The position numbers were made by a program, and so were the translations under genes. Below are positions 38,954 through 48,961 of a stretch of DNA of 64,000 nt, piece by piece (position 1 is the first letter of the stretch; every line of letters starts with the position of its first letter). The notes under the pieces are model-generated. The model was not told where the DNA came from. It was given only the letters and a program-made list of their open reading frames with translations, and made no database searches. Where the stretch lies: positions 640,001 to 704,000 of the forward strand of contig OY970176.1 in NCBI GenBank assembly GCA_963707955.1. Direction: 5' to 3'. This stretch comes from Candidatus Bathyarchaeota archaeon. GTDB lineage: Archaea > Thermoproteota > Bathyarchaeia > Bathyarchaeales > Bathycorpusculaceae.

Positions 38954-39871
38954 TCAAGCTCTCCCAGAGCTTCCGAACAAGCGCATCTTGCCCCTGACAA
39001 CCTCTTTCATAGCTTCTTTCGCTGGACCCAAGATCTTCCTCGGGTCAAACTCTTTCGGCAAGTTTGCGAGCACCTCGCGAACTGTTGCCGTGAAAGCGAG
39101 ACGCAAGTCCGTGTCGATGTTTATCTTCGCGATTCCCATCGAAATGGCCTTTTTTATCTGGTCTTCAGGGATGCCCTTCGCTCCGGCAAGCTCCGCCCCG
39201 TACTTACTCGCCTTCTCAATGAGCCAAGCTGGAACGCTCGAAGCTCCATGGAGAACGAGCGGTACGTACACCCTGTCGCTTATGGCTTTAAGTCTTTCAA
39301 AGTCAAGTTTGGGTTCAGCCTTGAACTTGTAAGCTCCATGAGACGTGCCGACTGCCACTGCCAGAGCGTCGACGCCGGTGCGCTCCACGAATTCTCTAGC
39401 TGAGTCAGGGTCCGTTAGAATAGCCTCTTTTTCCTCAACGGTTTTCTCCTCAACTCCAGCCAGTCTTCCAAGTTCCGCCTCAACCGCAACTCCTCTTGGA
39501 TGCGCAAGGTCAACCACACGCTTGGTCAATGCGATGTTTTCTTCAAACTTCAGATGAGAACCGTCGATCATGACCGACGTGAACCCTGCTCCTATACACT
39601 TGGAGACCGTGTCGAAGTCTTCGCCATGGTCAAGGTGAAGCGACATTGGAACTGCACACAATTCTGCTGCTGTTTTGACTATTTTTGAAACGTAAGGCAG
39701 GCCAGCGTATTTGACGGCGCTTGGCGTCACAGCAACTATGGCGGGTGATTTTTCTTCGACAGCTGCTTCCGAAACTGCCAGCAACGTTTCTAAGTTGTTT
39801 ATGTTAAAGGCCCCCACTGCATAGGCTCTCTGGCGTGCTGGAACCAGCAGGTCCTTGTTTGTGACAAGCAG
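38954..39871 (-). CDS. fba: Class II fructose-1,6-bisphosphate aldolase (probable CTG start)
   Basis: AVGAFNINN, LHLDHG, SVMIDGS, EAELG, GTSHGAYK, LVLHGAS, KINIDTD, FDPRK. Confidence 0.93.
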   Translation of the reverse strand: MLVTNKDLLVPARQRAYAVGAFNINNLETLLAVSEAAVEEKSPAIVAVTPSAVKYAGLPYVSKIVKTAAELCAVPMSLHLDHGEDFDTVSKCIGAGFTSVMIDGSHLKFEENIALTKRVVDLAHPRGVAVEAELGRLAGVEEKTVEEKEAILTDPDSAREFVERTGVDALAVAVGTSHGAYKFKAEPKLDFERLKAISDRVYVPLVLHGASSVPAWLIEKASKYGAELAGAKGIPEDQIKKAISMGIAKINIDTDLRLAFTATVREVLANLPKEFDPRKILGPAKEAMKEVVRGKMRLFGSSGRA

Positions 39872-40000
39872 GACTTTCCACCGTTGATGGAATATTGATT
39901 GCGAACGGTATAAATGGTTTGCACGTACAAACAGGTTAGTTTGGCCTTGCATTTCTTTTTAAACTCAAGAACACAACAAAACAATGTGCTCGACAAGAAC

Positions 40001-40909
40001 ATGGAGCGAACGGTTGTGAAAACAGTTAGCAGAGACAGAGTAATCTACAGCTTCAATCCTCAACACGACCCAGCTGAGCACGTAACTCCCGGCGAAATTA
40101 TTCTGATCGAAACCGAGGATGCCTTCAGCGGTCAGATCAGGAGCGAGAAAGATTCAGTAAATGTGCTCGACTGGTCCAGAGTTGATGGAGCTACGGGCCC
40201 CATATTCGTTGAAGACGCAAGACGAGGGGACACTCTTGTCGTTGAGATACTTGAAATAAAGGTTCCGAAGAAAGGCGTGATAGTCACCGTTCCCAAGTGT
40301 GGAATTCTGGCAGAAAAAAGGTTCAGACCTTCATCCAGAATCGTCAAGATAAGCAGGAATCACGTGAGTTTCGAAAGCGTTCAGGTCAGAGCAAACCCAA
40401 TGATAGGCACTATAGGTGTGACTCCTGAAAGCGGTGAAATCCCCTGTGGTTCTCTAGGCAAGCACGGAGGCAACATGGATGTTAAGGAGATGACCGCCGG
40501 CACCAAGCTGTACCTACCAGTTTTTGTCGAAGGCGCCCTGTTCGCACTTGGCGATGTTCACGCGGTCCAAGCAGATGGGGAGCTGTGTGTCTCAGCAGTT
40601 GAAGTGCCCGGAGAGATTCTGTTAAGGTTTAAACTCATAAAGCGAAAGAAGCCCCAATGGCCGATACTCGAAACAAAGGATTCGTACGCTTTTCTGGCGT
40701 GTGGAGAAACGCTGGATGAGGCGGCAAGGTTTGCAGCTGAGGTTGCGGTGGAGGCTTTCATGCGCGAGCACCATTGGTCCTTCGAGACTGCTTACATGTT
40801 TGGCAGTCTTGCCATAGATCTGAAGATAAGTCAGGTTGTTGATCCGAAGAAGGGTGTCAGAGCGGTGGTTTCGAAAGATCTCATAGACCTGAACAGCTTG
40901 CTCGTCTGA
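40001..40909 (+). CDS. Acetamidase/formamidase family protein
   Basis: TGPIFVE, PMIGTIGV, HGGNMD, GDVHAVQADGE. Confidence 0.9.
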   Translation: MERTVVKTVSRDRVIYSFNPQHDPAEHVTPGEIILIETEDAFSGQIRSEKDSVNVLDWSRVDGATGPIFVEDARRGDTLVVEILEIKVPKKGVIVTVPKCGILAEKRFRPSSRIVKISRNHVSFESVQVRANPMIGTIGVTPESGEIPCGSLGKHGGNMDVKEMTAGTKLYLPVFVEGALFALGDVHAVQADGELCVSAVEVPGEILLRFKLIKRKKPQWPILETKDSYAFLACGETLDEAARFAAEVAVEAFMREHHWSFETAYMFGSLAIDLKISQVVDPKKGVRAVVSKDLIDLNSLLV

Positions 40910-40972
40910 GGAATGTATGTTGTCAGAAAATCTTGAACTCACGAAAGATCATTTAGGCTTTGGGGATTTGTT

Positions 40973-41176
40973 GTGACCTGCTATTTTAGGCATCTTCAAG
41001 AGGTTTTCAAGAAGGCAGGGATAAGAGTTACTGAAGAGAACAAGAGAGAAGTTGACAAGATTATTCATAGAATTGTAGGTGTCAAATACAAGGATTGTCC
41101 TGCAACTTGGAAAGAAGTGAAAAGGAGAGTCAGCGAAGACGAGGAAGGCTTCGCTTCACGGCTCAGGGATGAATGA
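40973..41176 (+). CDS. Small conserved hypothetical protein
   Basis: MTCYFRHL...VGVKYKDCPATWKEVK. Confidence 0.7.
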   Translation: MTCYFRHLQEVFKKAGIRVTEENKREVDKIIHRIVGVKYKDCPATWKEVKRRVSEDEEGFASRLRDE

Positions 41177-41244
41177 ACAAGCATGGATAATCGAGCGCAG
41201 TCAAGAAAAAGCAAGCGCGCGACGAGCGCGCCGACGATCAAGTT

Positions 41245-41385
41245 CTACTTGCTTTTTACCTTTTTCATCGGTTGTTCGCAGCACATCAGCTCGCACGTTG
41301 GTTCGCATCCACATGGCTGATCAACGAGGACAACCAGACCGCACTCCTCGCACTTGTACTTCTCACCTTTAGCTTTCTTCGCCAT
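41245..41385 (-). CDS. 46-aa Cys-rich desulforedoxin-like metal-binding protein (absent from ORF track)
   Basis: MAKKAKGEKYKCEECGLVVLVDQPCGCEPTCELMCCEQPMKKVKSK; SD GGAGGTG. Confidence 0.8.
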   Translation of the reverse strand: MAKKAKGEKYKCEECGLVVLVDQPCGCEPTCELMCCEQPMKKVKSK

Positions 41386-41571
41386 TCAAACCCACCTCCC
41401 GCCTCTTTTCTACGTATGAACCCATACATTTTTTGAGGTATAAAACTATTTTCAAAACGTGTCGTTCGGCTGGGCTCTCTGCTTCAACAAGTAAAGTCAA
41501 ATTCTAGCGCGCGCGCTTGCACCAAATAACGCTCTGGACCGCGCGCGCCCCCTTGAGCTGCAGAACAAGAA

Positions 41572-41874
41572 CTACATCTGCGCAGAATCTTGATCTTGGC
41601 CCGCCTTTTTTGCGTGCCTAGTTTTCGTGCTTTGGTTGGCCAGTTCGAGTTTCTGCGTGTGGTTCAGTCTCTTGATTCTTTTCTCCCTCTTCATGGCCTC
41701 TGCCCTTGAGCTGTGCTTCTCGAAGTAGATGAGCTTTTGTGGCTTATGCATCCTCGTGTACCTGGCACCCTTGCCTTTCATGTGAAGGTTGATTCGCCTG
41801 TTCAGGTTTTTCGTGTAGCCTGTGTAGATGTTGTTGCCTTCGCAGAGAATGACGTAAACGTAAAAAGGCCTCAT
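41572..41874 (-). CDS. GIY-YIG nuclease (UPF0213/YazA-like)
   Basis: YVYVI..C...YTGYT.NL.RR...H..GKGARYT...EAMKRE..IK. Confidence 0.9.
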   Translation of the reverse strand: MRPFYVYVILCEGNNIYTGYTKNLNRRINLHMKGKGARYTRMHKPQKLIYFEKHSSRAEAMKREKRIKRLNHTQKLELANQSTKTRHAKKAGQDQDSAQM

Positions 41875-42003
41875 ACTTGATCGTTGCTTTTCAGCAGGGC
41901 AGTTTTCCTTTTCAGTTAAGATATGATTTGCTTCCTGATCAAGGATAAAAACTTATAAGAAAATCTTGATGATAGGCTGTAAAATCGGTCTAACTGCTTT
42001 AGG

Positions 42004-42204
42004 ATGGTTCATGTGACGAAGCTGAACAAGGTAGATGAGCTTGTGGTTTCGACGTTGAAAGACGCTGGCAAGGGTTTAACGCTTGCGGAGATCGCTGAGA
42101 AAACTGGCGAGTCTCCGAAGAAGGTCTACAAGTCTCTGCGGAAGCTTTTTGAGAACGAGATGGTCGACTGTTTGAACCGCCAGTACAGACTCTTAAAGAC
42201 GTAG
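42004..42204 (+). CDS. Small winged-HTH protein
   Basis: LTLAEIAEKTGESPKKVYKSLRKLFE. Confidence 0.75.
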   Translation: MVHVTKLNKVDELVVSTLKDAGKGLTLAEIAEKTGESPKKVYKSLRKLFENEMVDCLNRQYRLLKT

Positions 42205-42221
42205 ACCGCGGGTTTCGTTGA

Positions 42222-42389
42222 CTATTTTTCTTCTTTCTTTTTCTCGGTGACGGCTTCTTTTGCCCCTTTTCCGAACGCTTTAACAACGCCGAATCCTTTC
42301 TTAATCCCTTTTCCGACGGTTTCGCCTGCTTTGCCGGCTGCTTCTTCGGCTTTTCCCTTCTTCTCTTCCTCTTTGGTTATGATGTCCAC
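42222..42389 (-). CDS. Small Lys/Glu/Gly/Ala-rich amphipathic protein (absent from ORF track)
   Basis: GTG start; MDIITKEEEKKGKAEEAAGKAGETVGKGIKKGFGVVKAFGKGAKEAVTEKKKEEK. Confidence 0.6.
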   Translation of the reverse strand: MDIITKEEEKKGKAEEAAGKAGETVGKGIKKGFGVVKAFGKGAKEAVTEKKKEEK

Positions 42390-42790
42390 TTCTTGTAACA
42401 CCTTTTAATGGTTGGGGCTCAATTTTAATGTTTTTGGAGATCGTCTCCAGCTTGCTTAAGTAGTGTGGACGTTACTTGAGAGGTTACAATATTCCCTGTT
42501 TCGTGTTTCTCCTAGTCTAACAGGCTTACCTCCCCGGGTTTTTCGCGGCAGGTGCCGTTAGCGAGTCTTTGGCGGATAATGCTGAGGTGTTGCCGCTGGT
42601 TGGCACGCCGTTTCCAACATATAGTTAAGAGCGAGTTGATGCATCTGCGTCCAGTCAAAACATTTTCCTGGCGAAAGTTGTTTCACGGAGACTCCTGGTG
42701 GGGTGTTTGCGGAGTGAAGTTGGATTTCATGTCCAAGGAGAATTTTTAAAGCTTAATGATGCATAGAACTCGTTTGCAAGAGGGACAAAT

Positions 42791-43597
42791 GTGTCTTCTT
42801 CTCATGAAAATTCGGTGAAGAAGTATTATGATGATAAAGGTTCGACGTATGATGATTATTCCAAACAGTTGTGGAGCAGAGTGTATGATGCCGTAACGTG
42901 GAAGATTACAGAACCTTATGTTCCTAAGAATTCTGGAGCTCTTGTCTTTGATGCCGCCGGTGGAACTGGAAAATGGACTATTCCTATCGCAAAGTGCGGT
43001 CCAAGAGTGGTCTTAGGAGACATTTCTCGAGGGATGCTGAAGGTTGCGGAAGAGAAGATAGTCCAGCAGGGGCTGCAAGACCGAGTGCAAGTCAAAGAAT
43101 GCGATGTGCGTAAACTCGATTTTAGAGACGAGACGTTTGACCTCGTGTTCTGTGAACACGCTCTTTGTTTCATCAAGGAACAGGAAACTGTCATAAAGGA
43201 ACTGGTTAGAGTTCTGAAGAAAGGTCATCCCTTAATCTTGACCGGTCAGAACTGCTACGTGTTGGCGCTTTCATTAGTCTCGGAAGACGCTGATTATGCA
43301 TCCAAGGTGTTGTCAAAGGAAACCCCGTTTATCATGCGTAACAGTCTGGAAGTCTATGCCCTGTCACCTCAGGAGTTCATGCAGATGCTGGAGAACAACG
43401 GGTTGAGAGTAGACAGGATCGTGGGAAAACTCTTCACTATGCCCCTCGGTTTTTCCTGGGAGAGGTTGACAAGTGAAGAATTCACTGAGGAGCTCTTCGA
43501 CAAAATAGTGCGCGTTGAACTTGAGTTAGCTAACAGACCAGACACAGTCTGTCTCGGCTCACATTTTCAAGCAATAGGACACAAAAACCGTTCTTAG
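42791..43597 (+). CDS. Class I SAM-dependent methyltransferase
   Basis: VFDAAGGTG, DISRGML, FDLVFC, RVLKKG. Confidence 0.9.
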   Translation: MSSSHENSVKKYYDDKGSTYDDYSKQLWSRVYDAVTWKITEPYVPKNSGALVFDAAGGTGKWTIPIAKCGPRVVLGDISRGMLKVAEEKIVQQGLQDRVQVKECDVRKLDFRDETFDLVFCEHALCFIKEQETVIKELVRVLKKGHPLILTGQNCYVLALSLVSEDADYASKVLSKETPFIMRNSLEVYALSPQEFMQMLENNGLRVDRIVGKLFTMPLGFSWERLTSEEFTEELFDKIVRVELELANRPDTVCLGSHFQAIGHKNRS

Positions 43598-43945
43598 TCA
43601 TACGTAAAATCCCCTTTGGGACGCTGAGCGCGCGCGCAAATGTAGGCTGCGAAGCGAATGGTGACAGACAGCATGTCATCGATCACTATTTTGGTGCCGC
43701 CGCCTACTTTAGCTATTCTGGCGATCTTGACCTGTCTTCCAATAGTGCTTATTGAATTCAATGCTTTCAATTTCATTGCTGTAGCCGTTGGCATTATGAT
43801 TATGGGGTTATGTTTTTGGAGGCTGGCACTGAAGATTAAGCAATACGTATGTCGAGACTGATAGCGTGGCCATTGTTTTTCAAAAAAAGAATAGCCAGTG
43901 TGTGGGGTAAAGTTTTTTCCCGACGCAACAACGCGAATGCGAGGC

Positions 43946-44371
43946 TTAGATCAATCGGACTTCCGCGCTTGTCGGCAGATTAGTTTGTTTTCGTTTCTTT
44001 GCGGCTTGCCAAAGGTTTTGAATGGTGTTCTGAAAGATCTCCCTTTCCTTGGTAAGGATTTCGACAGAATCTACGAGTTCCTCCTTTTGAACACGCAACT
44101 TTTTCGTTTCTTCTCGAAGCTGCCAGATTCTTCGTTTGGACGCTTTCGTCTCCTTTCTTAACTCTGCAACCTCTCTTCGAAGCGTCTCCACCTGGCCAGT
44201 CAAGACATTCATGTACGCCTTTAACTCATCGTTCTGCTTCTGCAACTCTTCGTATTTGGACTTCCGAGCTAGACCGAAGACCAAAGCAGGTTCCCCCGAC
44301 ACGTAAGCATTGCAGCAAAAGATATAAAAATAGCGGGAGGGGGCTTTTGAGCAGAGTTTTATCTCAAACAC
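43946..44371 (-). CDS. Small coiled-coil protein (start likely downstream of ORF start)
   Basis: Continuous heptads from KYEELQKQNDELK. Confidence 0.55.
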   Translation of the reverse strand: MFEIKLCSKAPSRYFYIFCCNAYVSGEPALVFGLARKSKYEELQKQNDELKAYMNVLTGQVETLRREVAELRKETKASKRRIWQLREETKKLRVQKEELVDSVEILTKEREIFQNTIQNLWQAAKKRKQTNLPTSAEVRLI

Positions 44372-44492
44372 GCACTTCTTTCTTTCCTTCTCACATTGTC
44401 TCTTTCTCTTTCCTTCTTTTCCTTACTACATACAAATAAACAAAAACAAAAAAGCGCGTGCAGAAAGTTTTAATCTCAAAAACTTTTTAGCT

Positions 44493-45305
44493 GTGAACGA
44501 TGCCCTGGGTTTTTGTATGCCTGTGCGGGGATGTGAAACAACGAGAGGAAAACCAGCGTTTGGACTGCTTGTGCTATTTACAGTACTGATAATCTCTGCC
44601 GGAGCAGCTTCAATCCGAGCGCAGGGGGTGACGGCGGGTGTTCAAGCCGGAAACTACTTCACGTACAAGGTTAACTATGCATCAAGCAGTAGCACCCTGT
44701 ATGGTGTCGATAATTTCACGGAAACCGTAACCCAAGTAAACGAGACACTAGGTTATCATGTCGTCTGGTACAGTGAACTTTTACACTTCAGCAACGGAGC
44801 CAAGGAAACAAATTCAGGCAGCGTGATCCTAGAAAACGGGGGTAATATGGAAAGCAGTGATACGGCCCAAGAAGGCCTGTTCTTCAGTGCCAACCTGCAA
44901 GTCGGCGACCCAATCACCCCGGTCTCGACATTCGGCGTAAATGAAACGATATCTGTAAACGGAAGGCCGACGAATCATGCGAGCGGAGACTTGAACTATT
45001 CCGTCTCCAATACAATAATAACTGATACATATGAGTACTACATTGATCAAGTCACTGGAGCGGTAGTCAACGAAACGGGGAGCGCCGCAGTCACTGGACA
45101 ACCGACGACGTCTTACAGCTTCAGCCTGATAGCGACGAACGTGTGGAACGTCGTACCTGAATTTTCCCCGATAGCTTTGACGCTCACTATGCTACTGCTA
45201 ACCGCAAGCGCCGCAATAATTGTCTCCCGCAGAAAGGCAAAACAACCCTTCTGCAACCCGACAACATCCAAAGAAACGAAACGCGCGCGTCTCATTGCTA
45301 CCTAG
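44493..45305 (+). CDS. Secreted glycoprotein with PEF-CTERM-like sorting signal
   Basis: Signal peptide, GVQAGNYFTY, C-terminal VPEF + TM + RRK. Confidence 0.8.
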   Translation: MNDALGFCMPVRGCETTRGKPAFGLLVLFTVLIISAGAASIRAQGVTAGVQAGNYFTYKVNYASSSSTLYGVDNFTETVTQVNETLGYHVVWYSELLHFSNGAKETNSGSVILENGGNMESSDTAQEGLFFSANLQVGDPITPVSTFGVNETISVNGRPTNHASGDLNYSVSNTIITDTYEYYIDQVTGAVVNETGSAAVTGQPTTSYSFSLIATNVWNVVPEFSPIALTLTMLLLTASAAIIVSRRKAKQPFCNPTTSKETKRARLIAT

Positions 45306-45420
45306 TATCATCAGTAATTGTCTCTCAGACAATAACCTTTTCTCAGTAGCTGTTGCCGTGCCGATTTAAGTGTGTGTTTGAGGGCAAAGTTTTATAGTTC
45401 TGAAATGGTTGAGTCCTCTT

Positions 45421-45737
45421 GCGGTGGGTCTTAGGCGGGGGGCTAGGGGTCCCCTGTACCGTAAACCCTCTATAGGACGGGCCGAAAGCTGGGGCTGAGG
45501 CGTTTAAGGCTGCTGAGGCCTTCATTTCCGAAGCGAAGACTATCCGTCCCTTGGGGCTGGCGGTCATTAGGCGGGTTCCCGTAGGGGAGCTGTCTTTAGT
45601 GTTGACCAGGCGAACTTGGCCAGGACCGGGAGGGAGCAACCTAAGTCTGGGCGTTCAGCGCTCAGGGGGGTGCGGGTACGAGTGTAGGGTCTGAGGGTTC
45701 AGCGGAGTCTGAGCGTCGATCTCCTGTGGCCCACCGC
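45421..45737 (+). ncRNA. ffs: Archaeal SRP (7S) RNA
   Basis: Terminal helix GCGGTGGGTC/GGCCCACCGC; Alu domain GGGGG...CCCCTGTA; helix 6 CCC-GTAG-GGG; helix 8 CCAGGACCGGGAGGGAGCAAC; TATA TTTTATAG at 45390-45397. Confidence 0.92.
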
Positions 45738-45850
45738 TCTTTTCTGTGAAACGATTCCGAATCCGTAATCAATCAAACTCGTTTCCATCGGCATCTAGAA
45801 AATGATAAATGCCGTGAAGGTTTATTCTGGTGTTAACAGGAAGCTTAGGC

Positions 45851-46888
45851 ATGCCTTTCAACGAGGTTCGCAAGGATTATCTGCTTGACCGCTGGGTTGT
45901 TATCGCCACTGGACGCGGCCGCAGGCCGACCGACTTTGTAAAGCAGCAAACACGGCCAGCCAAGGTCGGTGTTTGCCCGATGTGCCCGGGCAACGAGCAC
46001 ATGACTCCACCAGCCTTTCTGGTTTACCTCAGGTCAGGCAGTGGTATAAAGAAGACTGAGGACAGAGATGACCAGAAACACAAGAACTGGCTGATCCGCG
46101 TGATCCCAAACCTTTATCCCGCTTTTTCCCCTCCGCAGGGCAAAGTCGACTCAACGCTGATCAGCAAGAGTCAAAATCTAACCATGGCTGTAGGACATCA
46201 CGAAGTCCTCGTTGAATCGCCAATTCACGATGAACACCCAGCGAACGCAAGAATCACACAACTAGCACTAGTCATCAACGGCTATGTTGACAGGCTGTGT
46301 CAGCTCTCGTCGAAACCTTATATTCAGTATGTTTCAATCTTTCGCAACCACGGGCTAGAAGCGGGAGCCTCTCTCTCGCACGCTCACAGTCAGATAATTG
46401 CAACTCCATTTGTGCCAACGATCGTCAAAGAGGAGATTAAAGCGGCAAAGAAATTCTGGAAGGAAAACAGGAAATGTGTCTTCTGCGACATAATTGAGAA
46501 AGAAAGCAAAGGGCCAAGACTCGTCTTGGAGAACGCAAAGTTTGCGGTTTTCACGCCTTATGCGAGTATAAATCCTATGGAGTTCTGGATGTTTCCGAAA
46601 AACCACCAAGGCTCGCTGCTCGAGATGCAAAAAGGCGAAGTGAAAACGTTAGCAGAGACATTAAAAGAGTGCCTTGGCAGGCTGAAATGCCTAGTGAACG
46701 ATCCTCCGTACAATTTTGGTTTCCACCAGACCACGAGCAAGGAAGCGTCTGGCTACTATCATTGGCATTTGGAGGTCTACCCCAAGCTGGCAACATGGGC
46801 TGGATTCGAAAAAAGCACAGGTGTGTACATAAACACTATGACTCCCGAAACAGCCGCAGAAAGCATGAGAGAAGCCTCTTCACATTGA
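45851..46888 (+). CDS. galT: Galactose-1-phosphate uridylyltransferase
   Basis: RGRRP, CPMCPGNE, NLYPA, GASLSHAHSQ, YHWHLE. Confidence 0.92.
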   Translation: MPFNEVRKDYLLDRWVVIATGRGRRPTDFVKQQTRPAKVGVCPMCPGNEHMTPPAFLVYLRSGSGIKKTEDRDDQKHKNWLIRVIPNLYPAFSPPQGKVDSTLISKSQNLTMAVGHHEVLVESPIHDEHPANARITQLALVINGYVDRLCQLSSKPYIQYVSIFRNHGLEAGASLSHAHSQIIATPFVPTIVKEEIKAAKKFWKENRKCVFCDIIEKESKGPRLVLENAKFAVFTPYASINPMEFWMFPKNHQGSLLEMQKGEVKTLAETLKECLGRLKCLVNDPPYNFGFHQTTSKEASGYYHWHLEVYPKLATWAGFEKSTGVYINTMTPETAAESMREASSH

Positions 46889-48961
46889 ACTCTGCAAGAC
46901 CTTCTTCTCGTATTTCGGCCTGACTTGCAGGAAATCTTCTGCATAAGCTCTGAGAGGTTCTGCCACGCTCCACGCTTGAGCGATGCATCCTCTAGGCGTG
47001 TACGGCGGTTCGCCATCAAAGATTTCTCCGAGGGTTCCAAGCCCTGCCTCAAAAACCTTCTGTGTAAACAACGGTTTCAGAAAGTTTTGAAACGCGTATT
47101 CGCGCTGCAATTCTGCATATCCGTTAACCTTAAGAAAAGCTGTCGTTAGCGGGCCCAGCAGCCAGGGCCAAACCGTGCCGTTGTGGTATGCTCTGTCTCT
47201 GCTTGCTCTGTCACCCGAATAGACTCCAACGTAGCGCGGGTCATTCCTTGCAAGAGTTCTCAAACCGCAGGGAGTTAGAAGCTCATTGTGAACAACGTCA
47301 ACGACTCTATGATCCTTAGCATCGTCGAGCATCGTGAAATCCAATGCGACCGCAATGATCTGGTTGGGCCTCAGAGAAGCGTCTATTTCATGCTCATCAA
47401 CCACATCGTACAAGCAGCCTCTTTCCAAATTCCAGAATTTGCTAACGAAACTTTTCTGGGCCGCTTCAGCCATTTGCCCGTATTCTTCAGCTCTGCTGCT
47501 CTCCCCGAACCTGGTTGCCAGCGCCTCCATGGTCTTCAGGGAATTAAACCACAAGGCTTGCACCTCAACAGCCTTTCCAGGCCTAGGCGTCACTGGCTTA
47601 TCATTAACTGCCGCGTCCATCCAAGTCAACTGTGGACCATGGCAGAGCAAGCCATCAGCATCCACGTGAATGCCGAAGAGAGTTCCTTCAACGTGGTTTT
47701 CGATGAAGGCTTTCAGATCTTGCCAGAGGTGTTGTTTAACAAATCCAAAATCGCCGGTGTACTTAACATATTGCAACACTGCGTTTATGTACCAAAGTGT
47801 AGCGTCAACCGTGTTGTAAGCTGGCGGTCCAACACCGTCTGGAAGAAAGTTCGGAATAAGCCCCCTATCGTAGTATTTTGCAAACTGAAGGAAAACTGCT
47901 CTCGCTTCTTCAAACCTTCCGGTCACAAGCATCAATCCGGGCAGGGAAACAAACGTGTCCCTCCCCCATGCACTGAACCAATGATAGCCCGCGATCACGG
48001 ACCTCTGCGTATCGTCCATACCTTTCGTTATGAATGCCCCAGTCGCTAGGACAAGCCAGTCTAGCCAATTGCTTGCAGGGCTGTTTTCATGGGAACCGTA
48101 GAATCCTGTTATTGCATCCTCACATCTTCCCGTTTCTTTTTCGAACAAGACCCTGAGGTCACTAACGGTCAAAGGGATTTCTTTCAAAACTTTTCCTGCC
48201 CGATCTTCATCTTCTTCTGCTACCGCAACTATTGCAAAGTCCTTGGTCTTGCCCGTGCTTACGCTTGTTTCGAAGTATCCAGGTTGGAAACAGTCGTCGA
48301 AGCAACTTTCTCCACGACTTGCTTCTTCACGAAAGTACAGTCTTTCAACCCATTTGCCTGCATCAAAGTACCCTCCGTCTGTAGCCCTCAGTAGAAGGGT
48401 CGCCTTAGGATTCTTGAAACTCAATTTGACCACGTTGCCTTCCTGCTTTTGGCTGAAATCGGAGGCCTTCGATCTATCAGTGACCGAGTGAAAATGTCTC
48501 CAGTTAACCAATGACGACACGCGCATTTTGGCTTCAAGACTACCCTTGTTTGAAACACTGTAAATTGCTATTACACAGTTCTTTTCGTATGGCATGCGAA
48601 TTGCTTTTTGAACGATCACGTTGTTTGCAACGTAAACATATTTTGGGAATGGCGAAATAGAAAATTCTTTCAGAAAATCAAATCCTCGAGGCAGAATTCC
48701 ACTCTGAAATTCGTTTGCACCAAGCTGGTAGGCATCGTCTCCCAAAACTATTTCCTCATCCAGCTTTGACAAGAACACTCTTCGGTCTTTCGGCGGGTGC
48801 ACAGTTCCTATCAGCAATCCATGGTATTTCCTCGTGTTTATGCCTAGGACAGTGGAAGACGCGTAGCCGCCTAAACCGTTTGTTATGAGCCACTCTTTCC
48901 GAATCGAGTTCTCAAAGTTGGAAAGACCTGCTCGGTCAAAGCTTATAGATGGCAGTCTCAT
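46880..48961 (-). CDS. Glycogen debranching enzyme (amylo-alpha-1,6-glucosidase)
   Basis: EWLITNGLGGY, AGYHWF..WGRD, LTWMDA, YHNGTVWPW, AQAWS. Confidence 0.92.
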   Translation of the reverse strand: MRLPSISFDRAGLSNFENSIRKEWLITNGLGGYASSTVLGINTRKYHGLLIGTVHPPKDRRVFLSKLDEEIVLGDDAYQLGANEFQSGILPRGFDFLKEFSISPFPKYVYVANNVIVQKAIRMPYEKNCVIAIYSVSNKGSLEAKMRVSSLVNWRHFHSVTDRSKASDFSQKQEGNVVKLSFKNPKATLLLRATDGGYFDAGKWVERLYFREEASRGESCFDDCFQPGYFETSVSTGKTKDFAIVAVAEEDEDRAGKVLKEIPLTVSDLRVLFEKETGRCEDAITGFYGSHENSPASNWLDWLVLATGAFITKGMDDTQRSVIAGYHWFSAWGRDTFVSLPGLMLVTGRFEEARAVFLQFAKYYDRGLIPNFLPDGVGPPAYNTVDATLWYINAVLQYVKYTGDFGFVKQHLWQDLKAFIENHVEGTLFGIHVDADGLLCHGPQLTWMDAAVNDKPVTPRPGKAVEVQALWFNSLKTMEALATRFGESSRAEEYGQMAEAAQKSFVSKFWNLERGCLYDVVDEHEIDASLRPNQIIAVALDFTMLDDAKDHRVVDVVHNELLTPCGLRTLARNDPRYVGVYSGDRASRDRAYHNGTVWPWLLGPLTTAFLKVNGYAELQREYAFQNFLKPLFTQKVFEAGLGTLGEIFDGEPPYTPRGCIAQAWSVAEPLRAYAEDFLQVRPKYEKKVLQSSM

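Noticed and set aside
45343-45639. 98-aa minus-strand ORF
   Set aside because: Antisense shadow of the GC-rich SRP RNA.
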